Notes: generated by a model not told the origin, from the sequence alone. A DNA stretch of 64,000 bases from Chthoniobacterales bacterium (GCA_038225185.1 JBBRFA010000003.1:10430-74429), one strand, 5' to 3'; positions 17,589-27,482 are shown, numbered from the stretch's first letter. A program made the numbers and translations.

Positions 17589-18875
17589 ATGCATTCATTT
17601 CATTACCACGACGGTCGGCTGCAATGTGAGAAGGTCGATCTCGAAAAACTAGCCGAGACCCACGGCACACCTCTTTACGTTTACAGTTCGGCCACGATTC
17701 TGGACCATTACCGGCGCCTCGATGCCGCAATGGCCGGGCTGGATCATCAAATTTGTTTTGCCGTAAAATCCAACTCCAACCTTGCCGTGCTCCATCTCCT
17801 GGCCCTGGAAGGCAGCGGTTTCGACATCGTCTCTGGTGGAGAACTTTTCCGCGTCCTCAATGCAGGCGGCCAGGCCGGCAAATGCACTTTTGCTGGTGTC
17901 GGCAAAACCACCGACGAGATTGAATACGGATTGCGCCACGGCATTTACAGCTTCAACGTCGAGTCCGAGGCCGAGTTGCAGCACATTAGCGATGTGGCGC
18001 ATCGTCTCGGCACCCGCGCCCCAGTCGCCATTCGGGTAAATCCCAACGTCGAAGCCGGCACGCACAAATATATTTCCACCGGCAAAAGTGAGAACAAATT
18101 TGGCATCGATATCGAACGCATTCGCGAAGTTTATGCCGCTGCCGCCCAACTCCCCGGCATTCAACTTCGCGGAATCCAGATGCACATCGGTTCGCAAATC
18201 ACTAAAAGCACGCCTTTTGCCCAGGCCGTCGAGAAAATGCTTCCGCTGGTCTCCGAATTGCAGCGCGATTACGCCCTCGAATTTTTTAGCATCGGCGGCG
18301 GGTTAGGCATCGTTTATCACGACTCCATCCCGGCCGGCGACGCCGCCTGGTGGGCCAAAGACGATTCCAGCGCCATCACCATCGAGGAATATGCCCAGGC
18401 CGTGGTCCCTTTACTCCAAACCCTCCCGCTCAAAATCATCTTCGAACCCGGACGCCTCATTGTCGGCAACGCCGGGGTGCTCCTCACCCAGGCGCTTTAC
18501 GTCAAGCAAGGTGGAAAAAAGAAATTCGTCATCGCCGATGCCGGGATGAACGATCTCATTCGCCCCGCCCTTTACCAGGGCTACCACGAGGTGGTCCCTC
18601 TCCGCGAACCCACCACCGACCACAGCGAGGCCATCGATCTCGTCGGACCAGTCTGCGAAAGCGGCGATTTTTTCGCGCAGGATCGCCTCGTCGCTCCTCT
18701 CGAAGCCGGCAGCTATGTCGCCCTGATGAGCGCCGGCGCTTATGGCTTCGTGATGGCTTCCAATTATAACTCGCGCCCGCGTCCCGCCGAAATCCTCGTC
18801 AATCAAGCCGTCGCCTCCGTGGTGCGCCGCCGCGAATCGCTCGACGACCTTATTCTCGGCGAAACCCTTTCCTAA
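17589..18875 (+). CDS. lysA: Diaminopimelate decarboxylase
   Basis: 428 aa. FAVKSNSN (PLP lysine), HIGSQI, GGGLGI, and CESGD motifs typical of LysA. Confidence 0.92.
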   Translation: MHSFHYHDGRLQCEKVDLEKLAETHGTPLYVYSSATILDHYRRLDAAMAGLDHQICFAVKSNSNLAVLHLLALEGSGFDIVSGGELFRVLNAGGQAGKCTFAGVGKTTDEIEYGLRHGIYSFNVESEAELQHISDVAHRLGTRAPVAIRVNPNVEAGTHKYISTGKSENKFGIDIERIREVYAAAAQLPGIQLRGIQMHIGSQITKSTPFAQAVEKMLPLVSELQRDYALEFFSIGGGLGIVYHDSIPAGDAAWWAKDDSSAITIEEYAQAVVPLLQTLPLKIIFEPGRLIVGNAGVLLTQALYVKQGGKKKFVIADAGMNDLIRPALYQGYHEVVPLREPTTDHSEAIDLVGPVCESGDFFAQDRLVAPLEAGSYVALMSAGAYGFVMASNYNSRPRPAEILVNQAVASVVRRRESLDDLILGETLS

Positions 18876-18889
18876 CATCACACCATTTT

Positions 18890-19669
18890 ATGAGCATTAA
18901 CATCACTGTCTGGGGCGAAAATGTCCACGAACAAAAAATCCCCGCTGTCCGTGAGATCTATCCCGACGGGATGCACGAAACCATCGCCGCCGGTTTGCGC
19001 CAGGACCCCGCCTTTACCGTGCGCACCGCCACCTTGCAGCAACCCGATCACGGTCTCACCCAGGAGATTCTCGAATCCACCGACGTGCTTACCTGGTGGG
19101 GACATTGCGCCCACGGTGAAGTAAGCGATGCCATCGTGGATCGCGTCCAGGAACGCGTCCTCCAAGGCATGGGCCTCATCGTTCTCCATTCCGGGCATTA
19201 CTCCAAAATTTTTAAACGTCTCATGGGCACCAGTTGTTCCCTGACCTGGCGCGAAGCCGGCGAAAAAGAACGTCTCTGGGTCTGCAATCCCGGGCATCCG
19301 ATTGCGCAGGGTCTCGGTGCTTATTTTGAACTCCCAAACACCGAAATGTATGGCGAACCCTTTGGGATTCCCACGCCCGACGAACAAATCTTCATCAGTT
19401 GGTTCGAGGGTGGGGAAGTCTTCCGCTCCGGCGCGACTTGGAAACGTGGCAACGGCAAAATTTTCTATTTTCGACCTGGTCACGAAACCTATCCGATTTA
19501 TCACAACGACACCGTCAAATTCGTTCTCAAAAACGCCGCCAGATGGGCTGCGCCAGAGGGCTCTCGCTGGATCGATTCCTGCCCCAATGTTCCAGTCGGG
19601 AAAGCTCCCGAAAAAATCGTCGCCAAAGGCGGGGTGCTTCATCAACCCGGCGAGGCAGGTTTTAAATAA
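18890..19669 (+). CDS. ThuA-domain (trehalose utilisation-like) protein
   Basis: [50 protein letters not shown], and [10 protein letters not shown] blocks match the ThuA family. The antisense 255-aa ORF is treated as a shadow. Confidence 0.8.
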   Translation: MSINITVWGENVHEQKIPAVREIYPDGMHETIAAGLRQDPAFTVRTATLQQPDHGLTQEILESTDVLTWWGHCAHGEVSDAIVDRVQERVLQGMGLIVLHSGHYSKIFKRLMGTSCSLTWREAGEKERLWVCNPGHPIAQGLGAYFELPNTEMYGEPFGIPTPDEQIFISWFEGGEVFRSGATWKRGNGKIFYFRPGHETYPIYHNDTVKFVLKNAARWAAPEGSRWIDSCPNVPVGKAPEKIVAKGGVLHQPGEAGFK

Positions 19670-19696
19670 TCAGCCTCACCAGGATGAGAGTGTTTT

Positions 19697-20266
19697 ATGC
19701 TCGTCGCATTTCACAAGCCCCACGGCATTCTCAGCCAGTTTACCAGCAACGACAGTGCTCATCGCACTTTATCGGAGTTTAATTTCCCCAAAATGGTCTA
19801 TCCGCTCGGAAGATTGGATGCCGACAGCGAGGGGTTGCTCCTGTTAACCGATGAAGCCGCGCTAAACCAATCTCTCCTCCATCCCACCGCCGCCCATCCG
19901 CGCACCTACCATGCCCTGGTCGAACGCGTGCCCGCCGAGGCCGCCCTCCAACAACTCCGCGAAGGCGTCGTTTTCGATGGCAAACTTTCTCTCCCCACCC
20001 AGGCTGGCATTCTCCATCCGCAGCCCGACTTTCCTCCCCGAAATCCTCCCGTGCGCCTTCGCAAAACCGTCAGCGATGTCTGGATTTACCTTACCCTCAT
20101 CGAAGGACGCAACCGGCAGGTGCGCAAAATGACCGCCGCCATCGGACATCCCACCCTGCGCCTCATCCGCGTGCAAATTGGCGCATTCCCACTCGGCCAA
20201 CTTGCCCCCGGCTCCTGGCAGGAACTCACCAGCAACGAACGTGACCTCGTCCTTGCCAAAAACTGA
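19697..20266 (+). CDS. Pseudouridine synthase, RsuA/RluE family (no S4 domain)
   Basis: GRLDADSEGLLLLTDE catalytic-Asp motif and RNRQVRKM block. Confidence 0.85.
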   Translation: MLVAFHKPHGILSQFTSNDSAHRTLSEFNFPKMVYPLGRLDADSEGLLLLTDEAALNQSLLHPTAAHPRTYHALVERVPAEAALQQLREGVVFDGKLSLPTQAGILHPQPDFPPRNPPVRLRKTVSDVWIYLTLIEGRNRQVRKMTAAIGHPTLRLIRVQIGAFPLGQLAPGSWQELTSNERDLVLAKN

Positions 20267-21584
20267 TTTCGCAACGCCCGCCCGCTCCCTCGTGCTCTGG
20301 GAGCGTGCGCTCCTGGCGCTGGCCATTTTTGGAAAATGTTTCGCCCTCTGGCGCAGACAGGGTGCCTACATCGGGTTCGACCTCGGCGACCATCTCCCGC
20401 GTTTGCAGGAATTTTATTGGTGGTCACCCGAACCCGCTCTTCGGGCCATGTATTACGCCTACCATCCGCCAGTGGGTTTTTTCCTGCCCAACCTCATTTT
20501 TCCCTGGATCGAGGATGCGGTGCTGAGAGTCCAGTGTTTCAACACCGCCTGCTCCCTGCTTTGCTTGCTTCTGCTGCGCGCCACTTTGCGCCATCTCCGC
20601 CTGCTCGACTCCTGGCCCGGCATCCTCTTTCTCTATCTTTGGGCAGGAATTCCCCTCCTCATTAATGCCGGGTTCTCCCTCAACCTGGATCTGCCACTCT
20701 TCGTCACCTCGCTGGCCTGTCTTTTCTTTTCCGTCAAATTACTAACTGACCACCGCCCCGGACTCTCTCTTTCGCGCATAATTTTTGCCACCGCCATCAC
20801 TCTCAGCATCGCGGCGGGATTTATGATCAAGTTCAGCGGCCTGCTTGCCTGCTCAATTCCGGTGTTCGTGGCCTTCTTTTTTCCCCAAGTCAGGTTCCCT
20901 TTTCAAACCATGCTCAAGGCAGCCATCCCTGTTTTTCTCGGCATGGCCCTCGTTTTGCCTTATTACTGGCAGCGTTATTACGTCCCGGAACGCACGATTT
21001 TCCCGAGAAATAACGCCATGTTCTATCAAGACGACATCCTCCGGTCACAAATTCTGCGCGACCAGGATCGGATCGGTTTTATCACCCGTTTTTTTACACC
21101 CGCCCTGCTCCAGCCTGCCCGCGAAGTGGATGTCCGGGATCGTGAAATCATCCGCCTCTCCGACGCGTGGCGCGATTTTTTTATCGCAGATCGCGCCTTG
21201 TATTTTCCCGCACCCGACCCCAGCTCCGTGAGGGGTCGGCGACTGCTCGGACAGCTTTATCAACTCTTCTTTTTTCTTTCGTTGCCAGCAGGCCTCGCCC
21301 TCTGGCTGCGAGGACGGGGAAAATGGTTGCCGACACCGTTTGCAAAGGTTGTCCTCGCGCAGGGCGTGGTCTTTTTGCTTAGCCTTTCTCTTTATTGCTA
21401 CATCGAATCCACCCCGGTCTGGAACCCGGCCAAAGCTCTTTACATCCTGCCCTGCACCCTTGCCATCGCGCTTTTTGCCAGCGAGACCCTGGCGTTTCTT
21501 CTCCGGAAACCAGCCGGAATCCGCATCCTTCCCTGGCTGCTTGCCGGGTGGTTGCTAACCAATCATCTTTGGCCCGTCTATTGA
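20241..21584 (+). CDS. Polytopic membrane protein, possibly ArnT/PMT-like (GT-C) glycosyltransferase
   Basis: More than 10 hydrophobic segments. The early loop EPALRAMYYAYHPPVGFFL resembles the PMT_2-type HPPL region. There is no ATG near the 5' end, so GTG 20241 or TTG 20253 (overlapping the upstream gene) are candidate starts. Confidence 0.6.
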   Translation: MTSSLPKTDFATPARSLVLWERALLALAIFGKCFALWRRQGAYIGFDLGDHLPRLQEFYWWSPEPALRAMYYAYHPPVGFFLPNLIFPWIEDAVLRVQCFNTACSLLCLLLLRATLRHLRLLDSWPGILFLYLWAGIPLLINAGFSLNLDLPLFVTSLACLFFSVKLLTDHRPGLSLSRIIFATAITLSIAAGFMIKFSGLLACSIPVFVAFFFPQVRFPFQTMLKAAIPVFLGMALVLPYYWQRYYVPERTIFPRNNAMFYQDDILRSQILRDQDRIGFITRFFTPALLQPAREVDVRDREIIRLSDAWRDFFIADRALYFPAPDPSSVRGRRLLGQLYQLFFFLSLPAGLALWLRGRGKWLPTPFAKVVLAQGVVFLLSLSLYCYIESTPVWNPAKALYILPCTLAIALFASETLAFLLRKPAGIRILPWLLAGWLLTNHLWPVY

Positions 21585-21901
21585 CCCGACGGATGTCGCC
21601 AACTGTCGGGCAGCAGCAGCACCACGCTTTGCGCCACCAACCAGGCTGTCACATAAAAAAAGAGCACTTCCTCTATCGGCAACGGCCCGATATAAATCCC
21701 CAGAATCTGTTTTACATCGAAAAACCAGATCCCCTCCCGCACCGCAATCGTGTCGATCAAGTTTAGATAAGTCCCGACGATCAGCGCCGGAAAAACAATC
21801 GCCCGCCAATTTGCCAGGAAGATTTTTCCGCCCAGGAACCATTGCCCGATGATCACCGGCATCGTCCAGAACATGAGATGATTGAAGTAATTCCACTCCA
21901 T
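21578..21901 (-). CDS. Lycopene cyclase domain protein (CrtYd-like half)
   Basis: 107 aa with 3 hydrophobic segments and the PLPIEEVLFF motif. ATG 21901 lies 1 nt after the upstream stop (TGAGATG). Confidence 0.7.
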   Translation of the reverse strand: MEWNYFNHLMFWTMPVIIGQWFLGGKIFLANWRAIVFPALIVGTYLNLIDTIAVREGIWFFDVKQILGIYIGPLPIEEVLFFYVTAWLVAQSVVLLLPDSWRHPSGQ

Positions 21902-21902
21902 C

Positions 21903-22238
21903 TCAGTTCTTCCTCCAGCGTTCCGGCAGCGGCAAAAAAAGGAGCGTGAGCAGGCCGACCATCCAGGTTTCGATGATGAAAAAAGCATATTCCTCCGCTG
22001 GCAACCGCCACAAAATCCCGAAGGCCCGAATCTCCACCGGCGTTGTTCGCGCCCAATCAAACGACCAGATTTCGCGATACACCGCCCAATTATCCCAGGG
22101 AGTCGTCGTTACCATGACGATGGCAGTGACGACAAATATCCACTTGCAAGCCTCCCATTTTAACCGGTGACGCGCTAAGATCAATAGCAGCACCAGCACC
22201 GGTAGATTGAAATAAAGATGGAATTGCAGATACGTCAT
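21903..22238 (-). CDS. Lycopene cyclase domain protein (CrtYc-like half)
   Basis: 111 aa. TTPWDNWAV and LPAEEYAFFIIE motifs are typical of the heterodimeric lycopene cyclase domain. Confidence 0.75.
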   Translation of the reverse strand: MTYLQFHLYFNLPVLVLLLILARHRLKWEACKWIFVVTAIVMVTTTPWDNWAVYREIWSFDWARTTPVEIRAFGILWRLPAEEYAFFIIETWMVGLLTLLFLPLPERWRKN

Positions 22239-22287
22239 CGATCAGTCAAAAAAACCATGGCCAGTCCGTTACGTTTCCCGTGATTCT

Positions 22288-22584
22288 TTAGACGACATCC
22301 GCTTCTTCATCCCAGCCACTGTCTTCGCGAATGGAACGCAGCCGTTTGCGCACGCCCCGTTTCGACTCGGGAGCGTTCACCTGCGAGGCGATGTAAGTGG
22401 CCACCACCGGCACCACCGACGCCAGGGCCACCGAAAATAGGGTGATGACCGTGGTCTGTTTGTTTTTCTTTAATTTATCGGCAATTAACAGGCCCACGCC
22501 GCAACCGATGGCAGCTTGAGCCAATGAAAAAAGCCCCGCCATCGACGCCGAGGTGGGAAATGATTTTTGGGGATTGATCGACAT
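22288..22584 (-). CDS. Small membrane protein (98 aa), hypothetical
   Basis: Two hydrophobic segments and a charged tail. Same strand as, and immediately upstream of, the cyclase pair. Confidence 0.5.
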   Translation of the reverse strand: MSINPQKSFPTSASMAGLFSLAQAAIGCGVGLLIADKLKKNKQTTVITLFSVALASVVPVVATYIASQVNAPESKRGVRKRLRSIREDSGWDEEADVV

Positions 22585-22656
22585 AACGTTGCTTTGAGAA
22601 TAATCTTCCTTCGTTAAAAAACAATCTCAAGTCTCTCCATCTTCATTAAAAAATCA

Positions 22657-23718
22657 ATGTCCAACACCCTTTTTGTCCTGATTCTTGCCGGGGGAAGCGG
22701 AGAACGCTTCTGGCCTCTCAGCCGACGTGCCGCTCCCAAGCAATTGCTCAACCTTTTTTCCGAACACACACTGCTCGAAAACACGGTCGCACGTCTCAAC
22801 GGTCTCGTGCCCAGCGAGAATATTCTCATCCTCACCAATCAGGAGCAGGAAGCCGCCGTCCGACGCATCATCACCACTCTCCCCCACGAAAACATCATCG
22901 CCGAACCCGATAAACGCGACACCGCCGCCGCCATCGCCCTCGGCGTGGGCCTCATCGCCCGACGCAACCGCACCGCCACCATGGTCGTGCTCCCAGCCGA
23001 CCATCTCATCCGCGATGCTGCCGCCTTTCAAAACGATCTCCGCCTCGCCGCCGATGCCGCCGAGAAATCGGAAGCCCTCGTTACCATCGGCATCAAACCC
23101 ACCTGGGCCTGCCCCGGCTTCGGTTACATCGAACAAGGCGCCGCCGCTTTTTCCGATACCCAACCCGTCTTCGATGTGGTGCGCTTCCGCGAAAAACCCG
23201 CGCCCGATCTCGCCGAAACCTTTCTCCGCCAGGGAAATTTTCGTTGGAATGCCGGCATGTTTATCTGGACTATTCCCGCCATCCTCCGCGAATTCGAGCG
23301 CAGCACCCCGCACCTCTGCGAGTTCATCATTCGCATGCAAAAATGCCCGGAAATCGGCCCTTTTCTCGCCCGCGAATTCCCCGTCCTGCCCAAAATCTCC
23401 ATCGATTATGCCATTCTCGAAAAAGCGCATCGCGTTCTCGTCGTCGAAGCTTCTTTCGATTGGGACGACATCGGCGGCTGGCTCGCCGTGGCCAATTATC
23501 TCCCCAACGACGCCCAGGGCAACCGCGCGAACACCGCCACCACCATCTCGCAGGCGACTAACAACATTGTTTATTCCAAAACCAAAAAGCACGTCGCGCT
23601 GCTCGGCGTTTCCGATCTCGTGATCGTGGAAACGGACGACGCTCTCCTGATTGTTTGCCGGCACGAAGCCGAAAACATCAAACAACTCATCCAAAAAATC
23701 CCTCCCGGGTTGCAATGA
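22657..23718 (+). CDS. Mannose-1-phosphate guanylyltransferase (nucleotidyltransferase domain only)
   Basis: LILAGGSGERFWPLSRRAAPKQLL N-terminus, DKRDTAAAI, PADHLI, and GYIE blocks. The antisense 353-aa ORF is treated as a shadow. Confidence 0.88.
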   Translation: MSNTLFVLILAGGSGERFWPLSRRAAPKQLLNLFSEHTLLENTVARLNGLVPSENILILTNQEQEAAVRRIITTLPHENIIAEPDKRDTAAAIALGVGLIARRNRTATMVVLPADHLIRDAAAFQNDLRLAADAAEKSEALVTIGIKPTWACPGFGYIEQGAAAFSDTQPVFDVVRFREKPAPDLAETFLRQGNFRWNAGMFIWTIPAILREFERSTPHLCEFIIRMQKCPEIGPFLAREFPVLPKISIDYAILEKAHRVLVVEASFDWDDIGGWLAVANYLPNDAQGNRANTATTISQATNNIVYSKTKKHVALLGVSDLVIVETDDALLIVCRHEAENIKQLIQKIPPGLQ

Positions 23719-24137
23719 AAATCCTCGGCATCGATCACGGCGAAGCCCGCATCGGCCTCGCTCTTTCCGACGATCTCGGGATGCTGGCTCATCCCTTTGA
23801 GACCATCGATGGACGCGCCAAAAATGCCGCCATCCTCCGCCAGATTGCCGGGTTGGTGACTACCAAAAAAATCGAGCGCGTCATCATAGGCCTCCCCCGC
23901 AACATGAACGGCACTTACGGACCTGCCGCCGACAAGGTGCGCGAATTTGCCGATAAACTTAAAACCACCCTCTCCATTCCCGTGCAACTTTGGGACGAAC
24001 GCATGACCACCCTTCAAGCGCAGCGCTGCTTGCACGACGCCGGACGCAACGTTAAAAACAGTCGCAAAGTGATCGACCAGGTCGCCGCCGTGATCATCCT
24101 CCAGAGCTATCTCGACTCGCTGGAGATGCTTTCCTAA
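23715..24137 (+). CDS. ruvX: Holliday-junction resolvase-like YqgF/RuvX
   Basis: MKILGIDHGEARIGLALSD N-terminus. ATGA overlap with the upstream stop. ~140 aa. Confidence 0.88.
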   Translation: MKILGIDHGEARIGLALSDDLGMLAHPFETIDGRAKNAAILRQIAGLVTTKKIERVIIGLPRNMNGTYGPAADKVREFADKLKTTLSIPVQLWDERMTTLQAQRCLHDAGRNVKNSRKVIDQVAAVIILQSYLDSLEMLS

Positions 24138-24159
24138 GTTTTCCAGGTCTTATGGGGTT

Positions 24160-24208
24160 TATATGACCTATACGACCTATATGACCTATACGACTTATAC
24201 GACCTATA
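24160..24208. repeat. Five tandem 9-bp units (TATAYGACY) between convergent ruvX and ald
   Basis: TATATGACC TATACGACC TATATGACC TATACGACT TATACGACC TATA, read directly. The last unit contains the ald stop codon (24204-24206). Confidence 0.85.
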
Positions 24209-25313
24209 AATTTTCCACTCCAAACTCCACCCAGGGCAGCCCATGCGCCTCGGCCACCTGGCGATTCGTTACTTTTCCCTCGAAAATATTTACCCCGCCA
24301 AGCAAGGCCGGATACCGCTTGCAAGCTCCTGCCAAACCTTCATCGGCCAGTTTTTCCAGGTAAGGATAGGTTACATTCGTCAACGCCTGGGTCGCCGTGC
24401 GGGCATAGGCACCCGGCATGTTGGCCACACAATAATGAATCACGCCCTCCTCGGTATAGACCGGGTTTTGATGCGTCGTCGGACGCGATGTTTCCGCGCA
24501 GCCTCCCTGGTCGATAGCGATATCGACAAACACACTCCCCGGCTTCATTTGACGTAACATCTCCCGGTTGACCAGCTTCGGAGCGCGCGCTCCCGGCAAC
24601 AGCACTGCACCGATTAACAAATCGATTTGCGGCAGTAGCTCCGTGAGATGCGCTTCACTGGAAAAAAACGTATGCACCGAATGCATGGTAATATCGAGGA
24701 AACGCATCCGCTCCACATCCACCTCCAAAATAGTCACATCCGCCCCCAGGCCCATGCCCATGCGGGCAGCGTTGACACCCGAAGTGCCTCCACCCAGCAC
24801 CACCACCTTGCCTGGCAACACCCCAGGCACGCCGCCGAGCAGCACCCCGTTGCCGCCGCAATGTTTGGCCAAAAAATAACCGCCCACAATGATCGACATA
24901 CGCCCGGCGATCTCGCTCATCGGCTCCAAAAGGGGCAGACGTTTGTTAACCTCCATCGTCTCATAGGCAACCCCGGACACGCCCGATGTTAGCAAGGCAT
25001 CGGTTAGCACGCGATTGGCCGCCAGATGCAAATAGGTAAACAACACCTGCCCTTTTCTCAAAAGAGAATACTCCACAGGCAAAGGTTCCTTCACCTTTAC
25101 GATCAGATCCGCCTCGGCAAAAACAGCCTCGTGTTCATCGACAAAAATCGCGCCCGCCCGCTCGTATTCCGCATCCGGATAACCGCTCCCCGCACCCGCT
25201 CCGCGCTCCACGATCACCTCGTGATGTCGTCGCTTAAGTTGATACACACCCGAGGGCAGCAAGGCCACCCGATGCTCTTGTTCTTTTATCTCACGGGGGA
25301 CGCCGATTTTCAT
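24204..25313 (-). CDS. ald: Alanine dehydrogenase
   Basis: MKIGVPREIKEQEHRVALLPSGV N-terminus and the VVVLGGGTSGVNAA Rossmann motif. 369 aa. Confidence 0.92.
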   Translation of the reverse strand: MKIGVPREIKEQEHRVALLPSGVYQLKRRHHEVIVERGAGAGSGYPDAEYERAGAIFVDEHEAVFAEADLIVKVKEPLPVEYSLLRKGQVLFTYLHLAANRVLTDALLTSGVSGVAYETMEVNKRLPLLEPMSEIAGRMSIIVGGYFLAKHCGGNGVLLGGVPGVLPGKVVVLGGGTSGVNAARMGMGLGADVTILEVDVERMRFLDITMHSVHTFFSSEAHLTELLPQIDLLIGAVLLPGARAPKLVNREMLRQMKPGSVFVDIAIDQGGCAETSRPTTHQNPVYTEEGVIHYCVANMPGAYARTATQALTNVTYPYLEKLADEGLAGACKRYPALLGGVNIFEGKVTNRQVAEAHGLPWVEFGVENL

Positions 25314-25406
25314 GGGTTTTTGCGTTTAAGGAAGATGTTAATAAAGCTACGATCAACATTACGCTTCCCGGCAGCAGGGGTCAAACTTTCTCTCGCTGGC
25401 TAAATA

Positions 25407-25748
25407 TTATTCCACGGGCAGCGGCGCCACCATGGGGGGACCAATCTGCGGCACAGGCGTCGCTGGTAACGGCTCCATCCCCTCCACCTCCGGCATGGGT
25501 GCGGATTCCCCGTCGTAATCGGCCACCGGCACCGGCTCCGGTTCCTCCGGTAATAAGGCGCGCCCGTCGCTCTCGTCGTTCCTATCGGACGTCACCGCCT
25601 CCTTCTTCTCTGCCTCCAGCGAAATCTTCTCCCCGGAAACTTTTGCAGGGGTTGCCTCACGACTCGACCAGATATAGAACGTCAAAACGAGAAACAACGT
25701 TCCAAGAATAACCAGCGCGAATCCAACGATTCTTTTGTTAACACTCAT
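25407..25748 (-). CDS. Bitopic membrane protein with an acidic, Pro-rich C-terminal region, hypothetical
   Basis: ATG 25748 gives MSVNKRIVGFALVILGTLFLVLTFYIW (one TM) followed by an E/P-rich tail. It starts 11 nt after the upstream stop. Confidence 0.55.
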   Translation of the reverse strand: MSVNKRIVGFALVILGTLFLVLTFYIWSSREATPAKVSGEKISLEAEKKEAVTSDRNDESDGRALLPEEPEPVPVADYDGESAPMPEVEGMEPLPATPVPQIGPPMVAPLPVE

Positions 25749-25758
25749 TATGGGAAAA

Positions 25759-26970
25759 CTAACGTGGAGCGGCAATTCCAAATCCCGCGGGAATCCTGGG
25801 TCCCCGGTGCGTCGAGACGAATTTGGCACGATTCATTTTCCAAAAATAACCAAAGCCCGTGCGCGTCGAGAGCAGGCCCAAATCGGCCAGGCCATCCTGA
25901 TCGTAATCGCCCACCATGGTAAGCCGGAAACCCGCCGGAATCGTGGGCCCCTTGATACTTTGCACCACGCGATTGCCATTCCAAATCCAAAAGGCCGTTT
26001 TACCGCTGGCACGGTGATAAATCACGAAATCAGGATTCCCGTCGGTGTTGATATCCGCCGCTCCCGCCACTTCCCAGTTCCTGGGCAGAATCGGTCCGTT
26101 GAAAGCGCTGACAAATTCCCCGGCAACCAAATTCCACAGCACGGTGCGGCGGTTTCCGCGATTGACGATGAGGTAATCTTCCTCGCCGTCGTCGTTAAAG
26201 TCGTCCACCGACGCCAGATAGAAATTTCGCGGAAGGGTGGGTCCGTTGAAAGCGGCCAGAAAACTCGTGCCCTCCATCAGCCACAACGCGGTGCGATTGT
26301 TTTTTACATTTCGTAAAACGAGGTCGGGCTGGCCATCCAGATCGAAGTCTCCCGTATCGCTCACCTCAAATGACGCGGGAAGCCGGGGGCCGTTGGAACT
26401 TCCTAACAAAAAACAATCCTGCATCCGAAAAATCCGTGTCGCACCCGATTTGGGAGCGAAAAGCAGCAGGTCGTTATTATCATCCCCGTTAAAATCCGCC
26501 TGGGGTGGATTGATTTGTTCCCATGTTAACTGCGTGGAGCCGCTTTCGGGACCTGTGCCATCGTTATAGCCATCGATGGCGATCTCATAATCCTCGTTTT
26601 GTTGGGTGTTAAAAACCACCGAGCTGGTGTCATCCCCTGCAGCCTGATCGTTTTCGGCCGTGAGCGAAAGATTGGCCAACGAAGTGCCGCGATAAACCGC
26701 CAGCAATGTATCGAAATCGCTTCCCACCGTGTCAAAGCGATAGATCCCCTGGCGTGGGGCATTCCAATAATACCAAATGGAAGCGCCCCCTTCGTTGTCA
26801 GCATGAAAAGGTTCCTCTGCCTCGGCCCCCGCGTCCACGGTTGAACCACGGATCGAGCCGGAATTTCCGGTTAACTGGCTGGCATCGTCAAAATCATCAT
26901 TCAACGGTTGTGCCGAAAGAAATAAACTTGGAGCGAGCAGTGCAAAAACGAGAAAGGAGCGCTTGAACAT
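25759..26970 (-). CDS. Secreted FG-GAP/VCBS repeat protein
   Basis: Signal peptide MFKRSFLVFALLAPSLFLSA. Repeated Ca-binding-like loops DFNGDDNNDLLLF, GDFDLDGQPDLVL, DDFNDDGEEDYLIV, ADINTDGNPDFVIY, and GDYDQDGLADLGLL. Confidence 0.85.
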   Translation of the reverse strand: MFKRSFLVFALLAPSLFLSAQPLNDDFDDASQLTGNSGSIRGSTVDAGAEAEEPFHADNEGGASIWYYWNAPRQGIYRFDTVGSDFDTLLAVYRGTSLANLSLTAENDQAAGDDTSSVVFNTQQNEDYEIAIDGYNDGTGPESGSTQLTWEQINPPQADFNGDDNNDLLLFAPKSGATRIFRMQDCFLLGSSNGPRLPASFEVSDTGDFDLDGQPDLVLRNVKNNRTALWLMEGTSFLAAFNGPTLPRNFYLASVDDFNDDGEEDYLIVNRGNRRTVLWNLVAGEFVSAFNGPILPRNWEVAGAADINTDGNPDFVIYHRASGKTAFWIWNGNRVVQSIKGPTIPAGFRLTMVGDYDQDGLADLGLLSTRTGFGYFWKMNRAKFVSTHRGPRIPAGFGIAAPR

Positions 26971-27092
26971 GATGTGGGAATTGTTTCTTAAAGACGAAAG
27001 TCCCCGGCGCTTATTCAGATTTTCAATTTGCGCGATTCATCGCTTAACTGGGGCGAGGCTGCAGACTGCTTTTTGGTCCGGGGGGGGGCGCG

Positions 27093-27482
27093 TTATTTCC
27101 TGGTCGTCTGCGCAAGGGCGATGTCGATCTTTTTGGCTAACTCCACGTCCAGGGTGGATACGCCATCGAGATCGTGGGTTGAGAGATAGAATTTTAGCTT
27201 TTTGTAACGAATATCCATATCGGGATGGTGATTGAGGGATTCAGCGACGCCGGTAATCGTGTTCACGAATTCGATGAGTTTTAGATAACTCGGAAATTCA
27301 ATCGTGCGTTCGAGATGCTTGTCTTTTAACTCCCACTCGGGGAGGGATGTTTTCATTCCGCTGATTTGTTCGCTGGTTAAAACGGTTCCCGGCGTTTCTG
27401 CCCGGAGCGATGCACCTGGGAAAATCGACAGCAGCAAGATTGAAAGGATGCGGAGAGAAAACGAATTTATTTTTTTGACCAC
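27093..27482 (-). CDS. Pterin-4a-carbinolamine dehydratase (PCD)-like protein with a predicted signal peptide
   Basis: C-terminal FVNTITGVAESLNHHPDMDIRYKKLKFYLSTHD matches the PCD HHPD core. GTG 27482 gives VVKKINSFSLRILSILLLSIFPGASLRAE. ATG 27533 is an alternative start. Confidence 0.7.
   Translation of the reverse strand: MVKKINSFSLRILSILLLSIFPGASLRAETPGTVLTSEQISGMKTSLPEWELKDKHLERTIEFPSYLKLIEFVNTITGVAESLNHHPDMDIRYKKLKFYLSTHDLDGVSTLDVELAKKIDIALAQTTRK

Noticed and set aside
22654-23715. 353-aa minus-strand ORF, an exact mirror of the manC-like gene
   Set aside because: The plus-strand product has clear nucleotidyltransferase motifs, while the minus-strand product is a low-complexity G/E/D/A shadow. 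The same reasoning applies to 18878-19645 (opposite ThuA), 31479-32276 (opposite ilvB), 49782-50603 (opposite ftsA), 55198-55884 (opposite gltX) and 11989-12696 (opposite pfkA).
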